32,000 bases of DNA from Nitrososphaeraceae archaeon (GTDB taxonomy: Archaea > Thermoproteota > Nitrososphaeria > Nitrososphaerales > Nitrososphaeraceae), in NCBI GenBank assembly GCA_044870765.1, contig JBIOZG010000011.1:1-32000 (forward strand). The letters are read 5' to 3'. The translations under genes were made by a program, and so were the position numbers. Positions 9,352 through 18,243 of the stretch are shown here, in pieces; position 1 is the stretch's first letter, and the number at the start of each line of letters is the position of its first letter. The notes under the pieces were generated by a model. The model was given only the letters and a program-made list of their open reading frames with translations. It was not told where the DNA came from and did not search any database.

Positions 9352-10158
9352 GTGACAAGTTTGATCAAGACCTGCGTAAAGTTCACAACGATTGGTACCT
9401 TACTAATAAGATACTTTGATAATAATCAAAGGGGGTCACCTGTTTTACTTATTCATGGCTTAGGAGGTTCCTTAGAAAGTTGGACTAACAATATTGAATC
9501 TTTTTCAACTAGACACAGAGTAATCGCTTTGGATCTTCCCGGCTTTGGGTTGAGTGATAAACCCCGGATTGATTATACTATTGATTTCTACGTAAATTTT
9601 CTAAAAAAATTCATTAAAAAATTAAAAATAATGCGCCCTTTTTTAATTGGTTCTTCCTTGGGAGGTCACATAGTTATTGAGTTAGCCATTAGAGATCCGA
9701 AATTAGTTGACAAAGTCGTACTAATTAGTCCTGCTGGTTCACTTCCAAAATCGTTTAAGGGTACTTTAGCATTGAAAAGATATATTAAAATCGTTGGCGC
9801 CAAATCAGCAGTCGAGGTAAGAGAAATACTATCCTCTATTGATAATTCTATGGTTAACCGCACTTATGCGGAAGCGCTATACAAAAGAATATCATTACCG
9901 GGTGCAAAGTACGCATTTATTTCCGCACTAAGGGGCAGTACAAGAGCTGCAAGATACAATAGAAAACTTGAGAAAATTAACGCAAAACTGTTACTAATTT
10001 GGGGTAAAAATGATAGAATAATACCGGTAAAATTTATCCGCCCTTTCTTGGAACATGGTGATTCAAGAATCATTGTATTTGAAAACTGTGGTCACAGACC
10101 TCATGTAGAGAATGCGGAGCTGTTTAATAAAGCAGTAAAGGATTTCTTAATGGAGTAA
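9352..10158 (+). CDS. Alpha/beta-fold hydrolase (GTG start)
   Basis: Oxyanion-region motif PVLLIHGLGGS, nucleophile elbow GSSLGG (G-x-S-x-G), and catalytic His context ENCGHRPHVE near the C-terminus. No signal peptide. Confidence 0.8.
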   Translation: MTSLIKTCVKFTTIGTLLIRYFDNNQRGSPVLLIHGLGGSLESWTNNIESFSTRHRVIALDLPGFGLSDKPRIDYTIDFYVNFLKKFIKKLKIMRPFLIGSSLGGHIVIELAIRDPKLVDKVVLISPAGSLPKSFKGTLALKRYIKIVGAKSAVEVREILSSIDNSMVNRTYAEALYKRISLPGAKYAFISALRGSTRAARYNRKLEKINAKLLLIWGKNDRIIPVKFIRPFLEHGDSRIIVFENCGHRPHVENAELFNKAVKDFLME

Positions 10159-10324
10159 AATTGAATGAATTTATGCAACAATGTTTCATAAGATTAAATG
10201 ATCCTTCCTCTATGTGAATTTATGAGTAAAAAGAAAAGTATTCAATTAGTTAAAAAATGATATCGTCATTTTTAAGTGATAATAGACTGACAATACTTAT
10301 AAAAATTAAATTAGATAAGATTTT

Positions 10325-12328
10325 GTGAATTATTATTTAATAATATTATTCTCTGTAGCGATTTTCCTATCTGCGATAGTTAATTTTAACATATACGGAT
10401 TTGAAGTATCAAAGATAAATTATATGAATGATAACAATGACTTTGGTTTCATTCCCATCAAGAGTAAGATTTTACCACAATATGACGGTTCTAATCCCCA
10501 AACAGAAACCAAAGTTAAACCAAAAACAGTCTCGGTGGCAGAAAATACTGTCAAGCCTAATGCAACAAGTGTAGTTGCTTATGCCGCGGGTGTAAAGATA
10601 TTGTCGCCGGGCAGTGGAAAGCAAATTCCTGTCGGAAATCTTACCATTTTTGGTATTTCGACAGATAACGAAAAATCCGATTGTACTGTTTCAGTTGATT
10701 GGAATAATCAAAAGCCATTCCAAAAAGCCAAGGCTACTGGACCATACGGAGAAGATGATTATTCATCATGGACATACACATATTCTACTTCATATCACAC
10801 AATAGAAAAGGGTCTGAATGATTTGACGTCAAAGCTCGAATGTCTGGAAAATTCCAAAGTAACCACAAAATGGCACAGTATCAATGTATCAGGTGTAGTT
10901 ACCAATGACTCAAATCTATCATCGGATCTGGTGTTTCATGACCCTCTTGGAATTCTCCCACAATTAAATAGCATATCGACTAAACCTTCAGTAGACACGT
11001 CTGTTATATCCAGTAATGTAACGGCACTAGCACCTTCGAAACTTTTTGCAAACATGGAACTATCCAAGAAGGTATTAGTTCCTGGAGAAATTCAAAACTT
11101 TACTATAAAGATTTCAGATTCAAATTCACAGCAAGTCGCAGCAGCGAATATTGGTGTTAAAATCATGCAAGGTACGAAAATATTAAACGAATATAATGGT
11201 ACTTCAGATACATCTGGTATGTTTACCCAGTCATGGAATTTGAATTCAGATATTCCATCTGGTAAGTACGATGTACTTGTTTCTGCGTCAGCTGATGGCT
11301 ATGTACCGGCCTCACTAGCGGGAAGTTTTCAAGTTCAAAGGCAGTTGTTAGTTGAAGCAAGTTTATTAAAGCGTCTCGTTATGCCTGGGGATCAACAAAC
11401 CATTGACATACAGGTTGTGGACGCCAATACTAAAGAATTAGTATCAGGTGCAAATGTTATGGCTAGAATTGGAGAAAAAAATGAATACAACGGTACTTCA
11501 GATATATCAGGTGCATATTCTCGCACGTGGAACATCACTTCTGATATTCCATCTGGTAACTACGATGTACTTGTTTCTGCGTCAGCTGATGGCTATGTAC
11601 CGGCCTCACTTACAGGAAGTTTTCAAGTTCAAAGGCAGTTGTTAGTGGAAGCCAGCCTATCAAAAGATCCCGTAATACCCGGAGAAGAACAAGCTATTAA
11701 CGTAAAGGTTGCGGACGCCAATACTAAAGATGCAATATCAGGTGCAAATGTGATGGGGAAGATTGAAGGAAAGAAGTTTTCGGCTACAACCGATGATCTT
11801 GGAGCTGTATCTTATTCATGGCATACTTCCCCTACAAGTGGTGGGAATAGCTTTCAAGTAGTTCTTGATGTTACATCTGATGGTTATCCTAAGGAAATGA
11901 AAACAGTGTCTTTCAAAATGGACAAACCACAAAATCTTTTGGAACCACCAATTAGCAATTACCAAAACAATGTTGTGAGAGTTAAGGACAGTAACAACGA
12001 CTTGAATAACAATTTGGAGTCTACGGGTGATTCTCCACAATGCATGAATCTTATTTCTAGTATTGGTTGCGATATTGAGGGTGATGATAAACCTGCAGCC
12101 ACTCCTGTTACTGATGATAAACCTGCCACTGATGATAAACCTGCCACTGATGATAAACCTGCCACTGATGATAAACCTGCAGCCACTCCTGTTACTGATG
12201 ATAAACCTGCAGCCACTCCTGTTACTGATGATAAACCTGCAGCCAATACTGATGTTGGAAATCTTCCATCCGGAGACAATCAGGACGAAAAAAGTGCTTA
12301 TGATTTCCTAGCATCGGCAACCAATTGA
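10325..12328 (+). CDS. Large secreted/anchored envelope protein: N-terminal TM, Ig-like domain paralogous to the 7967 protein, three ~98-aa beta-sandwich repeats, DDKPAT-repeat C-terminal linker
   Basis: GTG start followed by a hydrophobic helix (LIILFSVAIFLSAIV). The domain at aa ~89-192 matches the 7967 protein. Three tandem repeats are delimited by FQVQRQLLVEASL. The C-terminus has a Pro/Thr/Asp repeat. Confidence 0.75.
   Translation: MNYYLIILFSVAIFLSAIVNFNIYGFEVSKINYMNDNNDFGFIPIKSKILPQYDGSNPQTETKVKPKTVSVAENTVKPNATSVVAYAAGVKILSPGSGKQIPVGNLTIFGISTDNEKSDCTVSVDWNNQKPFQKAKATGPYGEDDYSSWTYTYSTSYHTIEKGLNDLTSKLECLENSKVTTKWHSINVSGVVTNDSNLSSDLVFHDPLGILPQLNSISTKPSVDTSVISSNVTALAPSKLFANMELSKKVLVPGEIQNFTIKISDSNSQQVAAANIGVKIMQGTKILNEYNGTSDTSGMFTQSWNLNSDIPSGKYDVLVSASADGYVPASLAGSFQVQRQLLVEASLLKRLVMPGDQQTIDIQVVDANTKELVSGANVMARIGEKNEYNGTSDISGAYSRTWNITSDIPSGNYDVLVSASADGYVPASLTGSFQVQRQLLVEASLSKDPVIPGEEQAINVKVADANTKDAISGANVMGKIEGKKFSATTDDLGAVSYSWHTSPTSGGNSFQVVLDVTSDGYPKEMKTVSFKMDKPQNLLEPPISNYQNNVVRVKDSNNDLNNNLESTGDSPQCMNLISSIGCDIEGDDKPAATPVTDDKPATDDKPATDDKPATDDKPAATPVTDDKPAATPVTDDKPAANTDVGNLPSGDNQDEKSAYDFLASATN
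11057..11938 (+). repeat. Three tandem ~294-bp coding repeats (Ig-like/beta-sandwich modules)
   Basis: Period 294 bp. Copies 1 and 2 share a 104-bp block (11249-11352 vs 11543-11646) with only 4 mismatches. The rest of the units is much more diverged, and copy 3 is the most divergent. Confidence 0.8.
12083..12250 (+). repeat. Tandem 18/30-bp coding repeats (DDKPAT / DDKPAATPVT, 7 units)
   Basis: The unit gatgataaacctgc(c|agccactcctgtt)act is repeated head to tail. Both antisense and shifted frames give spurious repeat ORFs here. Confidence 0.9.
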
Positions 12329-12579
12329 GGCAATCTTTAGAATAGAATTTCATATACACACATAGCTCATTTTTAGTAGAAACAAGGAATGCTTGATACA
12401 AAGCTAACATAAATTTTGTGAGTTCGAGTCTAAGTTAGATCCAGTTAACAATAACCAATCAAATTTGATGGGTAATTTGAAAATGGACTGGAGTCAAAGA
12501 GGGTCAAATGGAATCTTCCCACACTCAATGGATAAGAAATTATTTGTAATTCTAAGTCGAAGGATTCCTGAATTCTAAA

Positions 12580-13077
12580 TCAAGGAGATTTAGTAAATCT
12601 TTCAATAATATCCTTATGTTGTGGATATATTTCGGTCAGTTTTTTTCTGTTACCTATTTTCCAGTCTTTGTAGTCAAAACCAGGAGAAACGGTGCATCCT
12701 ACTAGTGAATATGATTTCTTTTTATTCACGGATGCTGCAAACCAACAATCTGACTTTACTGTTACTTGGAACTGCTCTCCGGCATCAAATTTTGGACCTA
12801 CAACAGATTTTTTCAATTTGCCTTTTGCATCTATTATATGAAGTGTTAAACTACTGCCTGAGTAGAAATGCCAAATTTCATCTGACTTCATAATATGAAA
12901 TGAGGCAAATTGTTTTCCAGTTAATAGATAATAAATTACTGTGCATGTAGACCTATGGCCAGTATATCCGGGTAAGTTAACGTTCCTATCAGATCTGTAT
13001 GTATTGGCATAATAACCACCTTCTGGATGTTTGTCAAGTTTGAGTTTCCTTATCCAAAATTTGGCAGGTTTATTCAA
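12580..13077 (-). CDS. Cupin-superfamily protein, DUF985-like
   Basis: The N-terminal LKLDKHPEGGYYANTYRS matches the DUF985 signature (L.L..HPEGG.Y.E.YRS). Later beta-strand-rich FHxxxSDEIWHFYxG and a LVGCTVSPGFDY motif follow. Confidence 0.8.
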   Translation of the reverse strand: MNKPAKFWIRKLKLDKHPEGGYYANTYRSDRNVNLPGYTGHRSTCTVIYYLLTGKQFASFHIMKSDEIWHFYSGSSLTLHIIDAKGKLKKSVVGPKFDAGEQFQVTVKSDCWFAASVNKKKSYSLVGCTVSPGFDYKDWKIGNRKKLTEIYPQHKDIIERFTKSP

Positions 13078-13414
13078 GATATGGGAAGGATTAACAGTTC
13101 TAACTTAATCCAGTATCTTTAGATTTTTTGACCAAGTCTCTTTTTCACGTTTACCTGTATTATACAATGAACTATAGGGTTTTTATCTCACACCGAAACT
13201 ATAGAATAAAAGGTTCAAAATTTAATTTTGTATCCGATCTCGATGGACCTCACATGATATTCTTCCGAACAATAGTCTATCTCATTATTCGGAATCAGGT
13301 TTTGATGAATTTATATATCTGTTTAAATCTCAGATCGTGTCATATTCCTTGATTTAAGGACAAGGAGATTCTTAAAGGAAAATATTATATAACTTAGATG
13401 TAGAATATAGACAA

Positions 13415-13732
13415 TTGATAATGGCAATACAAATTATATTACTAGCGTTTATGATTACACTCTCTGCTACTTTAACGCAAGTCACTTTTGCGGATGCAGG
13501 CGATCAAAGTAATTCAACTGGTAGCGGAGTATCTGATAAAAACAAAGATGTATTTGCGTTATTACAACTTGAAAAAGACGTATCAAAACACGAAGGTTCC
13601 TTGAAAGAGTTACATTCTGGTAGCAAGAGCCCATTCGATTTGTTAGGCGAAGTAAAAGATGAAGGAAAATTCACGCCAGAATCTGGGAGTTTTCTACCTG
13701 AATTCGATGATACCCAAAAAGATAACAAATGA
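13415..13732 (+). CDS. Small secreted hypothetical protein (start possibly ATG at 13421)
   Basis: Signal peptide (AIQIILLAFMITLSATLTQVTFA|DAG), then a charged low-complexity mature part. The antisense ORF 13504-13728 is less protein-like. Confidence 0.45.
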   Translation: MIMAIQIILLAFMITLSATLTQVTFADAGDQSNSTGSGVSDKNKDVFALLQLEKDVSKHEGSLKELHSGSKSPFDLLGEVKDEGKFTPESGSFLPEFDDTQKDNK

Positions 13733-14011
13733 TGAAAATATTTTTTCTTACCGGGAACATTGCATCAAATATCAGTATTTTATGTCATTTATGTTGTCTA
13801 GTGAAACTATCTATACCACGTTGCATCTAGTAGTATTTTTTCTTCTATATGCGAGACCCAGCACACCACAAATGATGTCCCATTTAGTCAACTGGCTCCT
13901 ATAATTGTCTGGACTCTAGTTTTTAAAAATATCTTTGTTACAGTAATTTCTAATAGAACCGGAAATCAGAAAACATTTATTAAATCAACATAAATCAAAG
14001 TCGTAATTATC

Positions 14012-15796
14012 TTGTCAATTAATAAATTTAGAAATATAGGCTATATTATAGGTTTTGTAACAATAGTTCTAGTTTTTTCATCAAATTTGATAATAAATCA
14101 AAATCATTTATTGGCCAACTCTCTGCTAAACAAGGGTTCTTTTGAACAATCAGATAGATATGAGATAATACCTATCAAGGATAAAGAGCGAGACGTCGGA
14201 ATATCGAGCCTTACTTCTAATCCAAATCTTGAGGAACTGAAAAACAACCTGTGCAAAAGTAATGTTTTCGACAATCTAGGAATTCCTCTGTGTAATCCTT
14301 TAGACAATAAGAAAGAAAGATCTACCAATGATAATAATGATGGTAATGATCATACCAGCAAGAAAGAAGAAAAGAAACTCTTAGAACAACAACAAGAACA
14401 ACAGCATAAAGAAGAAGAAGACAAGGCTAATGAGCAAAACAACAACAATGATAATAATGATGGTAATGTAGACAAGAGCCTTGGAATTGCAGGATTAAAC
14501 TTGAATATTGAAAGTAAAGGAGCCGGCTTGAACAAGAAAATAGACAAATTGAAGGATAAGATATTCGGAGAAGATAATCAGTACTTGTCGGAACAACAAC
14601 AAGGAAAGAGATTTAATGATAAAAACGGCAAAAACGAAAACAATGATGGCGAGAACCTTGACATTTCTGGATTAGATCTGAAAGTTCAGAAAATTAATGC
14701 TAACTTGGAAAAGAAAATTGAAAAATTAAAAGACAAAATTGAAAATGACAAGGATAACCAACGCCTGATAGATCAGAGACAAGAGACCGAGGCTAAAGAC
14801 GATGATGAGGATGGTGATAAAGATGATGGTGATACCAAAGAAGGAGATGGTGAAACTTATGAAGGCTATCGTTTCAATGGAGATAATGACAATGGTAATG
14901 ACAATGGTAATGACAATGGTAATGACAATAATAACTTTAATTTTGCTGCAGCAGGTGATTTTGGATGTTCTAAAAATACACAAAACACTGTAGCAAATAT
15001 GGAGAATAAAGATCCCGAATTAGTTCTAGCGTTGGGAGATCTCTCATATCATAGTACTGCCGACTGTTGGTTTGACACTATGAGCCCTCTTAAAGGCAAG
15101 ATGATGATTACGTTGGGATATCATGATATTAAAGATGGAGAATCAAAAATGAATCAGTATGTAAAGGGCTTTGAATTGGACAAACCATACTATTCTTATG
15201 ATTACAAACATGTTCATTTCCTTGTCATGGCTTCATTGTCCGATTATAAAGAAGGCTCCGAGCAATACAATTTTATCAAACAAGATCTTGAAAAGGCATC
15301 TCAAAATGAAGATACTAATTGGATAATTGTAAGTACCTATAAACCACTTTATTCATCACCCTCAGAACATCCGGCAGAAGAATCGTTAAGGGATACTTAC
15401 AATCCACTTTTCGAAAAATATGGGGTTGATCTAGTATTAAATGGACATAACCACAATTATCAGAGAACTTATCCTTTGACATACAATCCCAATGAAAGTG
15501 CAAAGCCAACAACGACTAGTGAACTTAGTACAGGATACAACAGAGGTAATGATGGTATCGTTTTTACTACTGTGGGAACAGGAGGAGTAAACTTCTATTC
15601 CTTGGAGGGTAAAAATCCTTATGTTGCTAACCAATTTGCGGGGAAATTCGGGTTTTTGGATATAGATATTAGTAACGGAAATCCTCACACAAAGTTGACT
15701 GGAACCTTCTATGATAATAAGGGCAGTGAAATAGCAGATGAATTTACAATTGAAAAAGAAATAAAAAATAAAAAGAGCGATGTATTTTACAGTTAA
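14012..15796 (+). CDS. Secreted/anchored purple-acid-phosphatase-like metallophosphoesterase with a ~300-aa Asn/Asp/Lys-rich spacer (TTG start)
   Basis: N-terminal anchor (IGYIIGFVTIVLVF). The C-terminal domain has the calcineurin-like motif series AAAGDFGCS, LALGDLSYH, TLGYHD, VLNGHNHNYQR. Confidence 0.8.
   Translation: MSINKFRNIGYIIGFVTIVLVFSSNLIINQNHLLANSLLNKGSFEQSDRYEIIPIKDKERDVGISSLTSNPNLEELKNNLCKSNVFDNLGIPLCNPLDNKKERSTNDNNDGNDHTSKKEEKKLLEQQQEQQHKEEEDKANEQNNNNDNNDGNVDKSLGIAGLNLNIESKGAGLNKKIDKLKDKIFGEDNQYLSEQQQGKRFNDKNGKNENNDGENLDISGLDLKVQKINANLEKKIEKLKDKIENDKDNQRLIDQRQETEAKDDDEDGDKDDGDTKEGDGETYEGYRFNGDNDNGNDNGNDNGNDNNNFNFAAAGDFGCSKNTQNTVANMENKDPELVLALGDLSYHSTADCWFDTMSPLKGKMMITLGYHDIKDGESKMNQYVKGFELDKPYYSYDYKHVHFLVMASLSDYKEGSEQYNFIKQDLEKASQNEDTNWIIVSTYKPLYSSPSEHPAEESLRDTYNPLFEKYGVDLVLNGHNHNYQRTYPLTYNPNESAKPTTTSELSTGYNRGNDGIVFTTVGTGGVNFYSLEGKNPYVANQFAGKFGFLDIDISNGNPHTKLTGTFYDNKGSEIADEFTIEKEIKNKKSDVFYS
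14885..14926 (+). repeat. 12-bp tandem repeat aatgacaatggt x3.5 (NDNG)n
   Basis: Direct reading shows three perfect 12-bp units followed by a partial one. It generates spurious antisense ORFs (VITIVITIV). Confidence 0.85.
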
Positions 15797-15953
15797 GCCG
15801 CCTACTACTCATATCAATGAAATAATTCTTCAAATTCTAATCAACTAGTTATTGCAATAGCGCCGATATAAAAATCACAAACTAAAAAAATAACTTGAAA
15901 TGTCCACAATGAGAGTAAGATCTCTAGTGAACTTTCAAGACAAAAATAAATTT

Positions 15954-16577
15954 CTATTTCTTAGCCTTATCAAATCTTTCAGAAACGTCTTGCCAATTTA
16001 TTACATTCCACCAAGCAGATATGTAGTCTGGTCTTTTGTTCTGGTACTTGAGATAATAAGCATGTTCCCATACATCACATCCCAAAAGTGGTATCAAACC
16101 CTCAGTTCGCGGACTTGTTTGATTTGGCATTGATTTGTACTCTACTTTCTTACTTGACGGATTATATACGAGCCATCCCCATCCGCTACCTTGGATCAAT
16201 ACGGTGCTGGAAGAGAATTTTTCTTTGAAAGCAGAAAAGCTTCCAAAGGAATCGTTTATTGCAGCTGCAATAGATCCACTCGCTTCACCTCCACCATTTG
16301 CTTTCATGTTCTGCCAAAATATCCGATGGTTATCAAATCCTCCTCCATTAAAATTGATAGCACTTTTTTGATCTGCCGGTACTTGATCGATGTTAGACAA
16401 TATTTCAACTATATCCTTATTCTGAATATCGGATGGACATTTATCAAGAGCGGCATTGAGCTTATCAGTATAAGTCTGATGATGTTTTGTATGATGTATT
16501 TCCATCGTCCTTGCGTCAATATTTGGTTCTAACGCATCGTAACTATATGGTAACGGAGGTAATTCATATTTTCCCAT
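15954..16577 (-). CDS. sod: Fe/Mn superoxide dismutase
   Basis: YELPPLPYSYDALEPNIDARTMEIHHTKHHQTY and DVWEHAYYLKYQNKRPDY are canonical Fe/Mn-SOD N- and C-terminal metal-ligand motifs. Confidence 0.95.
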   Translation of the reverse strand: MGKYELPPLPYSYDALEPNIDARTMEIHHTKHHQTYTDKLNAALDKCPSDIQNKDIVEILSNIDQVPADQKSAINFNGGGFDNHRIFWQNMKANGGGEASGSIAAAINDSFGSFSAFKEKFSSSTVLIQGSGWGWLVYNPSSKKVEYKSMPNQTSPRTEGLIPLLGCDVWEHAYYLKYQNKRPDYISAWWNVINWQDVSERFDKAKK

Positions 16578-16596
16578 ATGTCTATTTTTTCTTTGT

Positions 16597-16607
16597 AATT
16601 ATTAACT
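16597..16607 (-). promoter_or_regulatory. TATA-box candidate for sod (leaderless or near-leaderless mRNA)
   Basis: The minus-strand sequence GTTAATAATTA lies 20-30 nt upstream of the sod ATG (16577). Confidence 0.3.
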
Positions 16608-16770
16608 TTTACGTTATGAAAAATATTCATCCCCTTAGAAAATGAAGTAAAAAAAATATAATATTTATGAAATAATTTTACACCATGTCAATATTCATGT
16701 TATCGATCAAGAATTGTACTATTATTTAATAATGATGTCGTTGTATTGACTGTTTGTCTACATTAAAGTT

Positions 16771-17109
16771 CTAGTCGCTGGCTCCATCATCATCAGATTC
16801 ATCATTTGATGTAGATTCTGAAGGAGGGGGTGGTGGTACTGGCTCATCTTCTGTTTGATTAGTTTCAGCAAGAGATCTACTGAGAGAAGCAAATGAAGTC
16901 TCATTCTCAAATGCTGGAGTTTCAACATCAGATTCATCCGATGATGTAGCATTAGCTATCGTATTGTTTACTTGTGAACTATTTGATATCGAGTTATCTG
17001 ACTGGGAAGACGAATTTGTCGCAAACGTTGGAAATACAATCAATGAGAATGCAACTAACATGATAAAAAAACTCATTCGGACATAAATCATCAAGTTATC
17101 AATATTCAT
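16771..17109 (-). CDS. Small secreted acidic Ser/Asn-rich hypothetical protein
   Basis: Signal peptide (MSFFIMLVAFSLIVFPTFA|TNS), low-complexity mature part, and a PPPPP tract. The overlapping ORF 16758-16952 looks spurious. Confidence 0.5.
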   Translation of the reverse strand: MNIDNLMIYVRMSFFIMLVAFSLIVFPTFATNSSSQSDNSISNSSQVNNTIANATSSDESDVETPAFENETSFASLSRSLAETNQTEDEPVPPPPPSESTSNDESDDDGASD

Positions 17110-17407
17110 ATGAAATACTATAAATATAAAGTAGACTATTTCCCCCTCTATTTGATTTATATAAGCATAATAAAAGAACGAAAGTGGTTGTTCTCAAATC
17201 TTTCATAGGATAGTCAAGAATCAACGGAGCCTTTTATCCAATGATTTAATTCAGATATTTTTAGGTCATTCGCATATAATATAAAATAAAATAATACATG
17301 TTTAACAATAAAGAAAAATCCAGTTGCAAAGCAAATCTCACACGATGTTCATGAGTTGATATATCAGTATAACCATGGATTATCCAAAAGGTTCGGAGCG
17401 AAATAAA

Positions 17408-17424
17408 GTTACTTGAAAAGTAAC
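17408..17424 (-). terminator. Hairpin plus T-run downstream of the CBS gene
   Basis: GTTACTT-gaaa-AAGTAAC is a perfect 7-bp stem. On the minus strand it is followed by TTTATTT, 56 nt after the CBS-gene stop. Confidence 0.25.
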
Positions 17425-17479
17425 AACATATTATTATCTGGAATCTCTGCAGCCAAATTTGGACGTTTGTATTTTAGCA

Positions 17480-18001
17480 TCAGACTTCATCTTTCAATGT
17501 TTTAAGCACATTAGAGTTAGGATCAACCGGATCCATTTGTTCATTTAAATAATCGATAAAGTTTGTGGCAGTCACTATCCCTACTGTTTTGTTTCCATCT
17601 ACAACAATAAGATGTCTTACCTTTTTTTGTAACATCAAGTTTGCTGCTATTTCAATAGATGAATTAGGGTTAATTGTTAATAATGGGGATGTCATAAGAT
17701 GAAGTATCTTGAATTCTTTACTCAAGACATCATGAATGCATACTCCTCTAGTTATATCCCGTTCAGTAACGATACCCATTGATTTTCCTTCTTCATCGAC
17801 TACTAGCAGTGAACTTACATTCTTGTTTAACATCTTCCTTGCAGCTTCTTTGGCATTTTGCGATGTTTGAATAATCTCTATTTTGGTTGTCATTATATCG
17901 CTTACTTGCTTTGACACAGCAGTTTGTAACGCTAGAGTTTTATATATTTTAATTCTGCACCGGTCCCCTACTTTAGCTAGATTCCTATTTGGCGAAATCA
18001 A
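17480..18001 (-). CDS. CBS-domain pair protein (TTG start at 18001; alternative ATG at 17893)
   Basis: Two CBS motifs are present: VSDIMTTKIEIIQ..VSSLLVVDEEGKSMGIVTERDI and LMTSPLLTINPNSSIEIAANLMLQKKVRHLIVVDGNKTVGIVTATNFI. Confidence 0.8.
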   Translation of the reverse strand: MISPNRNLAKVGDRCRIKIYKTLALQTAVSKQVSDIMTTKIEIIQTSQNAKEAARKMLNKNVSSLLVVDEEGKSMGIVTERDITRGVCIHDVLSKEFKILHLMTSPLLTINPNSSIEIAANLMLQKKVRHLIVVDGNKTVGIVTATNFIDYLNEQMDPVDPNSNVLKTLKDEV

Positions 18002-18243
18002 AAGGAAGATTTGTTTACCCTTTATCTATCAATTTCGATTCAAATCCAATTGCGATGCTTTTAGGTTGCAAATTTACCTCAATGGGAGCCGAACGAGTCA
18101 AATTATATTATACAATGTATTTTGTTTGCGTTCTTTGCTCAATATATATGAGTCTTGCAACTTTCTAGTCATAATTATAAATTTTATTATTGACTGACAA
18201 AATTTAATAATGATCGACACGTCATTTAGTTAACTTAGTCAAT

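Noticed and set aside
11959-12410. ORFs 11959-12279(-), 12063-12311(+) and 12222-12410(-), which have striking repeat peptides (AGLSSV.., MINLPL..).
   Set aside because: They are artefacts of translating the DDKPAT tandem DNA repeat in other frames. The real frame is continuous with the 10325-12328 gene.
13729-13800. A C/D-box sRNA candidate starting at ATGATGA (13729-13735).
   Set aside because: No CTGA D box or terminal stem lies at the expected 50-70 nt distance. The ATGATGA is simply the tandem stop region of the upstream ORF.
13128-13904. ORFs 13128-13352(+) and 13659-13904(+).
   Set aside because: They have TTG or weak starts and Tyr/Phe/Ile/Asn-rich junk composition typical of AT-rich intergenic DNA. 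No signal, domain or promoter logic supports them.
14726-14993. ORFs encoding VITIVITIV / MTMVMTMV repeats.
   Set aside because: They are alternative-frame readings of the (aatgacaatggt)n repeat inside the phosphoesterase gene.
18225-18240. TTAGT-TAAC-TTAGT, with the core palindrome AGTTAACT, between a TATA-like AT stretch and the CDF start. It was considered as a metal-repressor operator.
   Set aside because: It is short and AT-rich, and is a direct rather than an inverted repeat of the TTAG half-site. It is easily produced by chance in this composition.
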